From contig JAJPHT010000029.1 of the NCBI GenBank assembly GCA_021325135.1, positions 168,144-232,143 on the forward strand: a DNA stretch of 64,000 bases, read 5' to 3'. Under the pieces are notes generated by a model that saw only the letters and a program-made list of their open reading frames with translations, was not told where the DNA came from and made no database searches. The position numbers and the translations under genes are program-made. Numbering within the stretch: position 1 is the stretch's first letter; the number at the start of each line of letters is the position of its first letter. The DNA comes from Pseudomonadota bacterium (GTDB taxonomy: Archaea; Thermoplasmatota; SW-10-69-26; JACQPN01; JAJPHT01). Of this stretch, positions 10,656 through 21,118 are shown one piece after another.

Positions 10656-10728
10656 GCGGCGTTCGCGTAGCGGTTAGCGCAGCAGCTTCCCAAGCTGCCC
10701 TCCGGGGGTTCGAATCCCCCACGCCGCA
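10656..10728 (+). tRNA. tRNA-Gly (anticodon CCC), no intron, CCA not encoded
   Basis: Acceptor GCGGCGT/ACGCCGC-A; anticodon arm GCAGC-TTCCCAA-GCTGC; T arm GGGGG-TTCGAAT-CCCCC. Confidence 0.93.
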
Positions 10729-10744
10729 TTTCAGCGGGCACTCC

Positions 10745-10960
10745 GTCGCACGCGCTTTCGCGCGTGCGGACTCCGTGGCAGAGGGGGTGACTTCCCCCTC
10801 TGCGCTCCCCCTGCCGGGGGGACTTCGTCCCCCACGGACCCCCCTGCGGCGCTGCGCGCCGCGGGGGCTTCGCCCCCTTTCCCCCGAGGGAAATGAGGGA
10901 CCCTTTCTGGAGGGTCGTGAAAGGGGGATCTTCGGCGCGCGCGGGGGCCCCGCCGCGGGG
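10745..10960. repeat. Cluster of GC-rich hairpins related to the REP-like family
   Basis: Successive hairpins; GGGGGCTTCGCCCCC (10863-10877) is the exact reverse complement of 5012-5026; 10863-10893 resembles 52257-52287. Confidence 0.7.
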
Positions 10961-10965
10961 TGATA

Positions 10966-13900
10966 TCACGCCTCGCGGTGGGCCTCGTGCTTGGCTGCGC
11001 GCTGCGCGTCCACGTCCTCCACGGGGACGCGGCGGGGCGGGCGGCGGTGCTCGCGGCGGAAGCGGAGCGCGGCGAAGGCGTAGCCGGACGCGCCCACGAC
11101 GCCCACGCCCACGAGGACGGCCTGCGGGAGGAGGGCCATCTCGTAGGTGACGTAGAGGGCCATGGCCGCGGCGGCCGCCGCGAGGGAGACGGGCTTGCTC
11201 CAGCGCCAGACCTCGCCGCCGGGGAGGGGGCCGAAGGGCATGGCGGCGGTGGCGAGGGCCGAGACGGCCATGGCGACGCCCACGCTCTCCAGCGTGTAGA
11301 AGCCCAGGCGGCCCGCCACGAGGAAGACGAGGCTCCACGCGCTGGTGATGCCCAGGATCGCCAGGGCGCGGTGGCCGGCGAGGCGCTTCTCGCCCTCGGT
11401 CTCCTCGACGCCGTTGTCCACGTAGCCCGGGTAGCCGAAGGGCGAGCGGAAGGCGATGGTGGAGACGAGGAGCGACGCGACGCCCGCGACCCAGATGCGG
11501 AAGCGGACGCGCGCGCCCGAGAGGTGGGCGATGAGCGACTCGCTGCCGTACTTCTGGAGGGCGAGGAGGACGGCCGCGACGCCCACGAAGGGCAGCGTCG
11601 CGACGAAGGCCGCCCAGGTGTAGGCGCCCGCCTCGGCGATGGTGTAGAACACCGCGATGAGGGAGACGGTGAGGACCAGCGCGATGGCGCTGGCGATGCG
11701 GCGGCGTCGCTCGATCGAAGCGAGGTCCTTGGTCCGGTCGCGCAGCGCGTCGCTGCCCGCGTCGGTGAAGAGGTCCTTGAGGTACTGCGTGAAGCTGAAG
11801 CCGGAGCTTCCGCCGCCGCTGGTGACCGCGCTGCCCGCCGCGCTGCTGACGGAGCTGGAGGCGGTCGCGGTGGCCGCGCCCATGGCGCTGGTGGTGAGGG
11901 TGTTGGTGGCCACGGTGGCGAGCGCCGCCGCGCCGACGCCCAGGGCCGCGCCGCCGTCCGCCGCGGCCGCGGTGTAGGCCGAGTTGCGCACGAGGACGCT
12001 CGTGCTGGCGAGGACGACCTCGTGGCCGTCGGGCTGGCGCTCGCGGGCCTCCACGGTGTAGTGGCCGTCGTCCTGCTGCGTGGTGTCCCAGGTGGCGTCG
12101 CTGCCGCCGCCCAGGGTGGTCTCGTGCCCCTGCTCGTCGATGACGACGAAGCGCACGCGGTCCGGGTGCGGCGCGTTGCGGAGGCTCACATGGACCTGCC
12201 CGCGGGCGCCCGCGTCCAGGCTCGCCGTGGCGTTGGCGTCCTGCGTGACCACCAGCTGCGGAGCCGGAGGGGGCGAGGAGGGGGATGCAGACGCGGGCGT
12301 GGGCGTGACGCTGGCCTGCTCCAGGGGCTGGCCGCCGCCGGAGGAGGGCGAGCCGCTGTTGCCTGAGGGCGCGGGCGTCGAGGGAGGGCGCGCGGTGGGC
12401 GAGGTGGGCGCCGTGGCGTTGTCGTTCTGCGCGGTGGCGAGGGGCGCGTCCATGCGGAAGCTGCCGCCGGAGCCCGAGGTCTCGTGGCCCGCGTGGTCGC
12501 GCGCGACGAGGCTCACCGAGTAGGAGCCGGCCGCGCGGGGGGAGAGCGTGCCCACGAAGGAGCCGCCGGCGGGCGAGAGGTCGACGCTCGTGCCGTCGGA
12601 GAGCAGCGCGCGGACGGAGGCGACGCCCGAGGCGTCGTCGTGGGCGCGCACCGTGAGCGTGACGCCGTGGCCCACCGTGGCGTTGGGCGCGGAGAGCGAG
12701 GCGCCGTCCAGCGAGGGAGGCGCGAGGTCCACCTGGAAGTCCTGCGCGTGCTCGGCCTCGTCGGGCGCGCCCGTCTGCGTGGCGTGCCAGTGGAGCGTAT
12801 GGCGTCCCGCGGGGATCGCGATGGGACCCGAGTAGGCCTGGTCCGAGCCGCCGTCGAGGCGCCAGAGCAGCGAGGCGCCGGAGGAGGCGTTCAGCGCCAC
12901 GCTGGGCGAGGAGACGTACCACCCTTCGCCGCCGTCGGGCGACGCGGGGGAGATTGTGGCGTGGCTCGTGGGCGAGGGGAGCGCCGGGAGCGTGGCGGTG
13001 GACTCGGGGCTCGACGAGCCTTCGCCCACGTCGTTGACTGCCGCGACGGAGTACGCGTAGGTGCCGCCGGGGCGCGCCGTGGCGTCGTCGAAGGACGTGC
13101 CCGACACGGTGGCGAGGAGCGCGCGCCCTTCGCTGGCGCGGCGGTAGAGGTGATAGCTCGTGAGGGGCGGTGAGCCCGCGTCGCCGGGCGGGGCCCACGC
13201 GACGAGGACGTGGCCATCCGCGACGGTGACCGAGGGCGCGCCGGGGGCGCCGGGCGCGTGGCGCGCGGGCGTCGGCGGGGGAGGCCGCGGCGGGGGCGGG
13301 GCGGGCGGGCTCTGCACGTCCACCGTGCCGGCGTCCGCGTCGCGCGCGTTGCCCGCGGCGTCCACGGCGTGGGCGCGCAGCGTGAGCGCGCCGGCCGGAG
13401 CGGCGTGGAGCGTGGCGTTGGCGAAGCGGCCGTCGAACGTCGTGGGCAGCGCCGCGTCGCCGACGCGCAGCGAGACGCCCGCGACGCCCGAGAGCGGATC
13501 GCTCACGGGCAGGCTGAAGGCGATGTCATCGCCAGGGCGCGGGAGCGCGGGGCTCACCGAGAGGTTGCCCAGGATGGGCGCCTGGTCGTCGACGCGGATC
13601 TCCACCGCGTGGGGCGTCTCGTCGGGGAGGCCGTCGGCGGTGGCGTTGTACGTCAGCTCGTGGACGCCCGCGGGGATGGCAAAAGGCCCGTCGTAGATGA
13701 TATCATCGCTGCCGTCGAGGCGGTAGGTGATGCGCGCGTTGTCGGGCGTCGCCGTGAGCGTCGCGTTGGGCGCGTGGACGTACCAACCGGCGGCGCCGTC
13801 GGGCGCGGGGAGCGAGAGCGTCGTCTGCACCGCGGGGCCCAGCGGCGTGAACGCGAAGGGCGCGGCGAGGCGGTTGCCCGCGAGGTCCGAGGCCCCGGTG

Positions 13901-16900
13901 CCCACGACGACGGGCGGGGGGGTCGTCCAGCCGTCGCGGCGCTCCAGCGCGAGGTAGCCCTCGTCGTACCAGACGAGGTGCCAGCCGTCGAGCCCGCGCA
14001 GCGCGGAGCCCACGGCGTACTCGCTCATGCCCTCGGAGAACTCAAGGTCGACCTCGTAGGAGACGGCCTCGGCGCGGACGGAGGCGTCCTTGGCGCGCGC
14101 GTGCGCGAGGGCCGCGTCCTCGAAGCCGCCCTGGTCGAAGCGGTCGAGACGGACCGTGGGGCGCGTGAGGTCGATGCGCACGCTGCGCTCGGCGACAGGG
14201 CTCTGGGTGCCGTTCTCGTCCAAGACCACGGCCTCCACGTCGTGCCAGCCCTCGGGGAGGGTGAGGTTGTCGCCCTGGACCCAGTCGCCGTCGTCCACGC
14301 GGTAGGCCAGCGTGGAGAGGTTGAGGGCGCCCGTGCCGGCGACGGGGGCGAGCGTCACGTGGACGGGGCTCGTGTAGACGCCTTCGTGGCCGTCGGGCGT
14401 CGCGGGGTCGAGGTCGAGGCGGACGCATGGCGGGACCGTCGCGTCGGGGGAGGGCTCGTAGGCGAGGGAGGCACGCGGGCCTTCGCCCGCGGCGTTGCGC
14501 GCGGCCACGGAGTACGTGGCGGGGAGCGACGCGTCGAAGGCGGGGTCGGACGCGCCCGGCTTGCCCACCTGCGCGACGAGGACGTCGCCTTCGCAGGGCG
14601 TCGAGCGGAAGAGGTCGTAGCCGAGGATGGCCGCGCCGCCGTCGCCCTCAGGCGCGCTCCACGAGAGGGAGGCGCCGCCCTGCTCGGAGGGCGTGAGCGA
14701 GAGGCCCGTGGGGGCGTCGGGGGGCGTGGCGTTGGGGGGCGTGAAGAGGATGCCCGCGTCGGCGAGGCCGAAGAGGCCGTGGCGGTAGCTCAGCCCGATG
14801 GCGCCGCTGGGGTCCTCGATGCCCACCGTCCGGAGGTGGCTGCCGTCGCTGGGCACGTCGGCGCTCTGCACCTCGACCTGGTTGGTGCCCTCGTGGAGGA
14901 TGATCTCGAACGTGACGGGCTCGCGGTGGTAGAACTGCGAGACGCCCTCCCACGAGACGACGAAGGAGCGCTCGGGGGCCTGGCCCAGGGTGGCGACGTG
15001 GATCGTGCCTTCGCCGGGGGCGTAGAGGTCCTCCCAGTCGCCCGCGATGACGTCGTGGAGGTAGGAGCCGGGGATCGCCTGGCCGTTGCAGCACCCCTGG
15101 CTCGTGCCGGGGTCGAAGGCGAGGAAGCCGTTGCTGCCCACGTAGAGGGAGTCGTGGGTCTGGCCGTAGAAGGTGAAGTTGAACCCGATGGGGACGAGGG
15201 TGCTCAGCACGTCGTCCTCCAAGGGGAGGGGCACGCCGCCGGTGGCGTCGACCCAGCGGAAGTCCGTGGTGGCGCACGAGTAGCCCGCGGCGTCGGTGGC
15301 CGTCTCGCAGGGGGCGAGGTCGCCGGCGCTCAGCGAGGCCGCGAGCGCGCCGGGGGCGTCGCCCGGCTCGCCGTAGGCCACGAGGCGATAATGATAGCGC
15401 GCGTGGGCGTCGAGGCCCTCGTCCTGGTAGCCCGTGGCGTCGGCGCCGAGGCTCGCGACGTACCGGTTCTCGTAGCCCTCCGCGGTGCCGCGGTAGAGGC
15501 GGTAGCCCGCGAGGCCTTCGCCCAGCGTGCGCGGCGCGGTCCAGTTGAGCTGCACGCTGCCGGGCTCGCTCCCAGGAACGGCGGTGAGGTTCTGCGCCTC
15601 GCTGAGGTGGTCGCCGGGGAGGAAGAGCGTGGCGGCGTGGTGCAGCGCGTCCGCGCCGTAGAGCGCGCGCAGGCCCGAGGAGCCCTCGGGGCTCTCGATG
15701 CCCGTGACGTGGACGCGGCCGTCGGAGGGGGCGTCCACGACCTGCGTCTCGATGATATCAGACGACTCGTGGAGGATGACCTGGAAGGTGGAGGGGGCGG
15801 CGCCGTCGGGGTTGGGGACTCCGCTCCACTCGGCGACGAACTCGCGCTCGGGGGCCGAGCCCAGCGTGGCGTAGCGCACGGCGCCGGCGAGGCCGGGGTC
15901 GAGGTCGCCCCAGTGGCCCGCGACGAGGTCGTTGGGCGCGTTGGCGTCGGGGACCTCCTGGCCCGCGCAGCAGCCGGCCGTCTCGTCGTCCTGGAACGTG
16001 AGGTAGCCGTTGGGCGAGAGGTAGGCGTGGTCGTGGGCCTCGCCGTAGAAGGAGAACGAGAAGCCCAGGGGGATGGGCTCCGAGAGCCCCTCGTCGCCCA
16101 GGTGGACGAGGGTGGCGTTGGAGGGCAGCGCGCGCGGCGCGAAGGGCGTCTCCTCGCACGCGTAGCCGAAGGTGTCGTTGACCATGCCGCAGGCGGGCTG
16201 GAAGGGGGCGTCGCCGCAGGGCGCGGCGTCGCGCACGAGGCAGTCGGCGTCCAGGACGCCGGCTCCGGTGGCGTCGTCGTGGCCCCGCGCGCCCACGTCG
16301 CGGGCGGTGGCGAGGAGGCGCGCGCGAAGCTGCGCGGCGGTGAGGTCGGGGTTGGCGCTCCACGCGAGGGCCAGGGAGCCGCTCACGAAGGCGGTGCTCA
16401 TGCTGGTGCCCGAGAGGGAGGCGTACGACGAGTCGTCGCCGTCCCACGTCGAGAGCACGCCCTCGCCGGGCGCCGCGATGGCGACCTGCGGGCCCTTGGA
16501 GGAGAAGGAGCAGGGGAGGTCCGAGCCGTCGACGCACGAGACGGCGATGACGTCGGGGAGGCGGGCGGGGAAGAGGACGCAGTCGTTGCAGCCCTCGTTG
16601 CCGCTGGCGGCGACCACGAGCTTGCCGTGCGCAGCCGCGTAGGCGACGGCGTCGTCCAGGGCGGAGGAGTCGGCCTCGCCGCCCAGCGACATGGAGATCA
16701 CCGTGCGCGGCGGCGTGTGGCCGACGCACCAGGTGACGCCCTGCGCGATGACGTCCATGCTGCCCATGCCGGCGAAGTCCAGGACCTTGACGCCGTAGAG
16801 GCTGACGTTGGCGACGCCCGCGATGCCCAGGCCGTTGTCCACGGTGGCCGCGGCGATGCCCGAGACGTGCGTGCCGTGGCCGTTGTCGTCCATCGGGTCG

Positions 16901-17427
16901 TCGTCGCCGTTGACGAAGTCGTGCCCGCCCATCCAGCGCGTGCCGTTGAGGTCCTCGTGGGTGTAACGGACGCCAGTGTCCACGACGCAGAGGGAGGCGT
17001 TGGCCGCGTCGCCGAAGCCGGCGGTGGCCCACGCGAGGCCCGCGTGGATCTGCGCGAGGCCCTCCTGGTCTGCGAAGGAGGGGTCGTTGGGCGCGACGGG
17101 TGTGGCGGCCTCGTCCAGAAGGAGCGTGAGGGTGGGGGCGGCCTCGACGGACTCGACGCGCGGGTCCGCGGCGGCGCGCTGCGGGAAGGAGGGGTCGGTG
17201 GAGACGACCGAGACGCGCTGGATGGGCGCGTTCACGGCGACGACGCGCGCGCCGTCAAAGGAGCTGCCCACGTCCGCGGAGGGCTCGCCCCGCAGGTGGA
17301 GGACGTAGCGCGTCTCGGCGGCGCGGGCGGTGGCGCCGAAGGAGGGGGCGAGGACGAGAAGGGCCAGCGCGAGGCACGCGGCGCGGGTCGTGGTCGTGGA
17401 GCGGGATGAATGAATGCGGGTCGCCAA
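10966..17427 (-). CDS. Giant secreted S8 subtilase with nidogen-like, FN3 and Ig-like repeats and a polytopic membrane C-terminus
   Basis: Signal peptide; catalytic triad VVDTG / NGHGTHVSG / SGTSM; duplicated GFxFxFYG-SxNG-GCC modules; start codon uncertain. Confidence 0.9.
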   Translation of the reverse strand: MATRIHSSRSTTTTRAACLALALLVLAPSFGATARAAETRYVLHLRGEPSADVGSSFDGARVVAVNAPIQRVSVVSTDPSFPQRAAADPRVESVEAAPTLTLLLDEAATPVAPNDPSFADQEGLAQIHAGLAWATAGFGDAANASLCVVDTGVRYTHEDLNGTRWMGGHDFVNGDDDPMDDNGHGTHVSGIAAATVDNGLGIAGVANVSLYGVKVLDFAGMGSMDVIAQGVTWCVGHTPPRTVISMSLGGEADSSALDDAVAYAAAHGKLVVAASGNEGCNDCVLFPARLPDVIAVSCVDGSDLPCSFSSKGPQVAIAAPGEGVLSTWDGDDSSYASLSGTSMSTAFVSGSLALAWSANPDLTAAQLRARLLATARDVGARGHDDATGAGVLDADCLVRDAAPCGDAPFQPACGMVNDTFGYACEETPFAPRALPSNATLVHLGDEGLSEPIPLGFSFSFYGEAHDHAYLSPNGYLTFQDDETAGCCAGQEVPDANAPNDLVAGHWGDLDPGLAGAVRYATLGSAPEREFVAEWSGVPNPDGAAPSTFQVILHESSDIIETQVVDAPSDGRVHVTGIESPEGSSGLRALYGADALHHAATLFLPGDHLSEAQNLTAVPGSEPGSVQLNWTAPRTLGEGLAGYRLYRGTAEGYENRYVASLGADATGYQDEGLDAHARYHYRLVAYGEPGDAPGALAASLSAGDLAPCETATDAAGYSCATTDFRWVDATGGVPLPLEDDVLSTLVPIGFNFTFYGQTHDSLYVGSNGFLAFDPGTSQGCCNGQAIPGSYLHDVIAGDWEDLYAPGEGTIHVATLGQAPERSFVVSWEGVSQFYHREPVTFEIILHEGTNQVEVQSADVPSDGSHLRTVGIEDPSGAIGLSYRHGLFGLADAGILFTPPNATPPDAPTGLSLTPSEQGGASLSWSAPEGDGGAAILGYDLFRSTPCEGDVLVAQVGKPGASDPAFDASLPATYSVAARNAAGEGPRASLAYEPSPDATVPPCVRLDLDPATPDGHEGVYTSPVHVTLAPVAGTGALNLSTLAYRVDDGDWVQGDNLTLPEGWHDVEAVVLDENGTQSPVAERSVRIDLTRPTVRLDRFDQGGFEDAALAHARAKDASVRAEAVSYEVDLEFSEGMSEYAVGSALRGLDGWHLVWYDEGYLALERRDGWTTPPPVVVGTGASDLAGNRLAAPFAFTPLGPAVQTTLSLPAPDGAAGWYVHAPNATLTATPDNARITYRLDGSDDIIYDGPFAIPAGVHELTYNATADGLPDETPHAVEIRVDDQAPILGNLSVSPALPRPGDDIAFSLPVSDPLSGVAGVSLRVGDAALPTTFDGRFANATLHAAPAGALTLRAHAVDAAGNARDADAGTVDVQSPPAPPPPRPPPPTPARHAPGAPGAPSVTVADGHVLVAWAPPGDAGSPPLTSYHLYRRASEGRALLATVSGTSFDDATARPGGTYAYSVAAVNDVGEGSSSPESTATLPALPSPTSHATISPASPDGGEGWYVSSPSVALNASSGASLLWRLDGGSDQAYSGPIAIPAGRHTLHWHATQTGAPDEAEHAQDFQVDLAPPSLDGASLSAPNATVGHGVTLTVRAHDDASGVASVRALLSDGTSVDLSPAGGSFVGTLSPRAAGSYSVSLVARDHAGHETSGSGGSFRMDAPLATAQNDNATAPTSPTARPPSTPAPSGNSGSPSSGGGQPLEQASVTPTPASASPSSPPPAPQLVVTQDANATASLDAGARGQVHVSLRNAPHPDRVRFVVIDEQGHETTLGGGSDATWDTTQQDDGHYTVEARERQPDGHEVVLASTSVLVRNSAYTAAAADGGAALGVGAAALATVATNTLTTSAMGAATATASSSVSSAAGSAVTSGGGSSGFSFTQYLKDLFTDAGSDALRDRTKDLASIERRRRIASAIALVLTVSLIAVFYTIAEAGAYTWAAFVATLPFVGVAAVLLALQKYGSESLIAHLSGARVRFRIWVAGVASLLVSTIAFRSPFGYPGYVDNGVEETEGEKRLAGHRALAILGITSAWSLVFLVAGRLGFYTLESVGVAMAVSALATAAMPFGPLPGGEVWRWSKPVSLAAAAAAMALYVTYEMALLPQAVLVGVGVVGASGYAFAALRFRREHRRPPRRVPVEDVDAQRAAKHEAHREA

Positions 17428-17507
17428 GCGGCCGCCTCCCGCGCGGCCGTAGGTGCTCGCCTTGAAAGCCTTTTCCGTGCCCGGATTCGCCGGGGTGGAG
17501 GACTCCT

Positions 17508-17885
17508 CTATCCGAGAACTCCACCGCCGCCGTTGGAGGCGGCGCAGCGCGCGGCGGCGCCGAGGTTGCTCTGGCCGGTGGCGGAGTCGTAGACCAGCGC
17601 GCCCGACTTGTCGAAGACGCGGTAGGCCTGCGTGTTCACGTGGAACTGGACCTGATAGCCCACGCAGACGAAGTCCGCGACGTTGGAGGGGATCGTCTTC
17701 TGGACGTGGACGCCGGGGAGGAGCTTGGGCGTCACGACGACGTAGGGGTTGCCCGAGGAGTCGGTGCCCTTGCCGGTGATGGTGGCCTGCGCGGCGTAGT
17801 CGGTGAAGTAGAGGTAGGCGGCGATGCCCACCAGCGCGAGGACGAGGACGCCCAAGACGGTGAAGACGCCCTTGAGGAGGCCCAT
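17508..17885 (-). CDS. Hypothetical membrane-anchored protein
   Basis: N-terminal TM helix; host-like codon usage. Confidence 0.7.
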   Translation of the reverse strand: MGLLKGVFTVLGVLVLALVGIAAYLYFTDYAAQATITGKGTDSSGNPYVVVTPKLLPGVHVQKTIPSNVADFVCVGYQVQFHVNTQAYRVFDKSGALVYDSATGQSNLGAAARCAASNGGGGVLG

Positions 17886-17937
17886 GGGGCGCGCATGGCG
17901 GGGGGTTCGGAAAAAGGCGAGCCTTGACGGCGCATGC

Positions 17938-18543
17938 TCAGAGCGTCAGGCTGCATCGCATGGAGGGGCCTGAGGGGAGGGGTGCGATGGCGCAGGTGGC
18001 GAGGAAGGGGGCGCGCGTGGCGACGACGAGGCCGTATCCTTGCGCCTCGGGGTGGACCACCTGCTCGAGGGTCCAGCCTGCGTCCTGGAATCTGCTGGCG
18101 GTGTCGTTCACCACGGCTGAGGCGTTGGCGTCCGCGGGGTAGGCCACGGAGAGGAACGCGAGGGGGTGGCCCGCCGCGGCGACGGGGCCCGAGGAGGCGG
18201 AGGCGGAGGATTCGCCCGGCGCGCGGGGGAGGTGCGCCGCCATGTCGCGGAGCATGAACGGGAGCGGCGCGTTGACCACGAGCACCAGCGCGACGCCCAC
18301 GGCGGGGGCGGCGGCCGCCAGCGACAGGGGCGAGAGGCGTAGCGCGAGGCCCACCGTGAGGGTGAGGGCCACGAGGAGCGCCAGCGCGCCGACGTAGGAC
18401 CACGGGGCGCGGGTCGCGAAGGCCGCGAGGCCGCGGTCCAGCGCCACCACGAGGAGGACCACCAGCAGGACCGCGGACGCCAGGTAGGCCGGGAGGGCCC
18501 AGGGGCGGCGGCGACGAGGGGCTAGGTTCAAGGGAATGCCCAC
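17938..18543 (-). CDS. Hypothetical membrane protein (start uncertain)
   Basis: Three hydrophobic helices followed by a soluble domain. Confidence 0.5.
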   Translation of the reverse strand: MGIPLNLAPRRRRPWALPAYLASAVLLVVLLVVALDRGLAAFATRAPWSYVGALALLVALTLTVGLALRLSPLSLAAAAPAVGVALVLVVNAPLPFMLRDMAAHLPRAPGESSASASSGPVAAAGHPLAFLSVAYPADANASAVVNDTASRFQDAGWTLEQVVHPEAQGYGLVVATRAPFLATCAIAPLPSGPSMRCSLTL

Positions 18544-18598
18544 GTTCGGAGGCGTCAACGGCCCGGGAACGGGCTCCTTCCGCTTCAGGTGCGCGGCG

Positions 18599-19714
18599 AT
18601 GGCGACCAAGGCCGACTACTACGAGCTGCTGGGCGTCCCCCGCGACGCCAGCGCCGAGGACGTGAAGAAGGCGTACCGCAGGCTGGCGCTCCAGTACCAC
18701 CCCGACCGCAACCGGGAGCCGGGGGCCGAGGAGCGCTTCAAGGAGATCAGCGAGGCCTACGCGGTCCTCAGCGACGCCGAGAAGCGGAAGACCTACGACC
18801 AGTTCGGGCACGCCGGGTTCGACGAGCGCTACACCCAGGAGGACATCTTCCGCGGGGCGGACTTCGGCGACATGGGCTTCGACATGGGGAGCATATTCCG
18901 CACCATCTTCGGGGCCGGCTTCGGCGGCGGGCCGCAGGGCGGGCGCAACCTCGAGACCTCCCTGGAGATCACCCTGGAGGACGTGGCCAACGGGGGCGAG
19001 AAGGAGGTGCGCGTGACGCGGCTGGAGCGGTGCGAGTCGTGCGGCGGCTCGGGCGCCAAGCCCGGCACGCGGCCCACGCGCTGCCCGACGTGCCGCGGCC
19101 ACGGCCAGGTGGCGCGCCAGATGCGCACGCCCTTCGGCCTGGTGCAGACCGCGGGCCCCTGCCCCCAGTGCGGCGGCCGCGGCGAGGTCGTCGCGACGCC
19201 CGACCCCGCGTGCAAGGGCGAAGGGCGCATCCAGCGCACGCGCACGCTCAACATCCGCATCCCAGAAGGCGTTCCCGACGGGGGCACGCTGCGCCTGCGC
19301 GGCGAGGGCGAGGCCGGCCCTGACGGATTCCCCGACGGCGACCTCTACGTGCACGTCCGCGTGAAGCCGCACGCGGTCTTCCAGCGCGACGGCGACGACC
19401 TGCACGTCCCCGTGCCGCTCACCTTCAGCCAGGCGGCGCTGGGCGACGAGGTGGACGTGCCGCTGCTGGAGGGCAAGCAGGACCGCATCATCATCCCGGC
19501 GGGCACGCAGGGGGGCGAGGTCTTCCGCCTGCGCGGCAAGGGGCTCCCCAGCCTCAACGGCAGCCGCCGCGGCGACCTCCTGGCCCACGCCCGCGTCTAC
19601 ACGCCCGTGAAGCTGAGCGCGGAGGAGCGGAAGCTCTTCGAGGAGCTTGCGCGGCTCGAAGGGCGCGAGCCGAGGAAGGGGTTCTTCTCCGACCTCAAGA
19701 AGAAGCTGGGATGA
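18599..19714 (+). CDS. dnaJ: Chaperone DnaJ
   Basis: J domain with HPD; G/F region; CxxCxGxG repeats; C-terminal domain. Confidence 0.96.
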   Translation: MATKADYYELLGVPRDASAEDVKKAYRRLALQYHPDRNREPGAEERFKEISEAYAVLSDAEKRKTYDQFGHAGFDERYTQEDIFRGADFGDMGFDMGSIFRTIFGAGFGGGPQGGRNLETSLEITLEDVANGGEKEVRVTRLERCESCGGSGAKPGTRPTRCPTCRGHGQVARQMRTPFGLVQTAGPCPQCGGRGEVVATPDPACKGEGRIQRTRTLNIRIPEGVPDGGTLRLRGEGEAGPDGFPDGDLYVHVRVKPHAVFQRDGDDLHVPVPLTFSQAALGDEVDVPLLEGKQDRIIIPAGTQGGEVFRLRGKGLPSLNGSRRGDLLAHARVYTPVKLSAEERKLFEELARLEGREPRKGFFSDLKKKLG

Positions 19715-19868
19715 GGAGCGCCGGGCGCGCCAGGATACGAGGTCGAGCCGCCAGCGCGATGGCCTCCAGCGCGAGGTCCACGTCCATCTCCAGCGCGCAG
19801 CCGACGCCCGCCTCGAAGTGCTCGCACGAGCGGCATCTCGCGGGGGACTTGCACGACATCGACTCCAT
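19695..19868 (-). CDS. Possible 57-aa Cys-rich small protein
   Basis: [29 protein letters not shown]...; fills the gap between dnaJ and the next gene. Confidence 0.35.
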   Translation of the reverse strand: MESMSCKSPARCRSCEHFEAGVGCALEMDVDLALEAIALAARPRILARPALLIPASS

Positions 19869-20000
19869 GGGCCACGCGCCATGCGTCCAGTGGACACGAG
19901 GGGTCATGGGGGTGCCCATGGGGGAGGGGGCGCCGAAAGTGGAGGCGGGCGGGCGTTCCTCCGGCGTCACCCTTAAGGAGCGCGCCCCGTCTGGGACCCT

Positions 20001-20435
20001 GTGCCCGTCACGCGCCTGGAGCTCACCGGCATCGAGGCCAAGCGGTACTCGAAGACCAACGAGCGGCTCCCGCAGATCCGGATCGACCACTCCTCCACCG
20101 TGACGCTGGTGAAGGAGCTGACGCCCCAGGAGGTCAACGTGGAGTTCCGCTACACGGCCGCCTACGGCGCCGTGGGCGTCATCCGCATCGAGGGGAACAT
20201 GAACTTCACCTGCGACGCGAAGGCCTTCGAGACGCAATGGCGCACCACGAGCCAGATGCCCCACGAGGCCGCGACCGAGATCCACAGCACCGTCATGCGC
20301 GCGTGCGTGCCCCAGGCCGTGGGCATCGCGAAGGACCTCCAGCTCCCTCCCCCCATCCCGCTCCCGCAGGTGAACTTCGGCCCCCAGCAGCAGGCGCAGA
20401 AGGCCGGCGCGGTGCACGGGCCCGAAGTGATGTGA
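20001..20435 (+). CDS. Conserved archaeal hypothetical protein
   Basis: IEAKR...FRYTAAY...IRIEG...AKDLQLPPPIPLP; CTTAAG box about 25 nt upstream. Confidence 0.8.
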   Translation: MPVTRLELTGIEAKRYSKTNERLPQIRIDHSSTVTLVKELTPQEVNVEFRYTAAYGAVGVIRIEGNMNFTCDAKAFETQWRTTSQMPHEAATEIHSTVMRACVPQAVGIAKDLQLPPPIPLPQVNFGPQQQAQKAGAVHGPEVM

Positions 20436-20494
20436 TATCACGGCTCGCGATAGCAGAATGAGAAGCCATCAAGCTATCAAAATGGATTGATAGC

Positions 20495-21118
20495 ATGCGC
20501 TTGCGCGACCTCGAACGGATGCTATCACGCGTCCCGCCGCACCCTTCCCCCAAGCTGGAGCTGGAGCAGTACGCGACGCCCGCCGACCTGGCGGGGCCGC
20601 TCCTGCACGAGGCGCTCGCGCTGGGCGACGTCGAGGGGAAGCGCGTCGTCGACCTGGGGTGCGGCACGGGCGTCTTCGCCCTGGGCGCCTCGATCTTGGG
20701 CGCGGCCGAGGTCGCGGGCGTCGACGTGGACGCCAGCGCGCTGGCCGTCGCGCGGCGCGAGGCCGATCGCCTGGGCGCGCGCGTCGAGTGGGTCGAGGCC
20801 GACGTGCGCGCGTGGCGCGGCGCGGCCGACACCGTGCTCATGAACCCGCCCTTCGGCGCGCAGGCGCGCGGCGCGGACCGCGCCTTCCTGGACGCCGCGT
20901 TCCGCGCGGCGCCGGTCGTCTACTCGCTGCACAACGCGGGGACGCGCGCGTTCGTGGAGGAATACGCCGCGGCGGCCGGCTTCCGCGCCACGCACGCGTG
21001 GGCCATGCGCTTCGCCCTTCGGCACACCTACCGCCACCACGAGAAGGCCGTCCAGGAGATCGACGTCGTCGCGCTCCGGCTTTGCCGTGATTCCGTCACC
21101 GAAGCCCGGGATGAGTAG
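20495..21118 (+). CDS. METTL5-family (rRNA m6A) methyltransferase
   Basis: PKLELEQYATP, DLGCGTG, MNPPFG, YSLH. Confidence 0.92.
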   Translation: MRLRDLERMLSRVPPHPSPKLELEQYATPADLAGPLLHEALALGDVEGKRVVDLGCGTGVFALGASILGAAEVAGVDVDASALAVARREADRLGARVEWVEADVRAWRGAADTVLMNPPFGAQARGADRAFLDAAFRAAPVVYSLHNAGTRAFVEEYAAAAGFRATHAWAMRFALRHTYRHHEKAVQEIDVVALRLCRDSVTEARDE

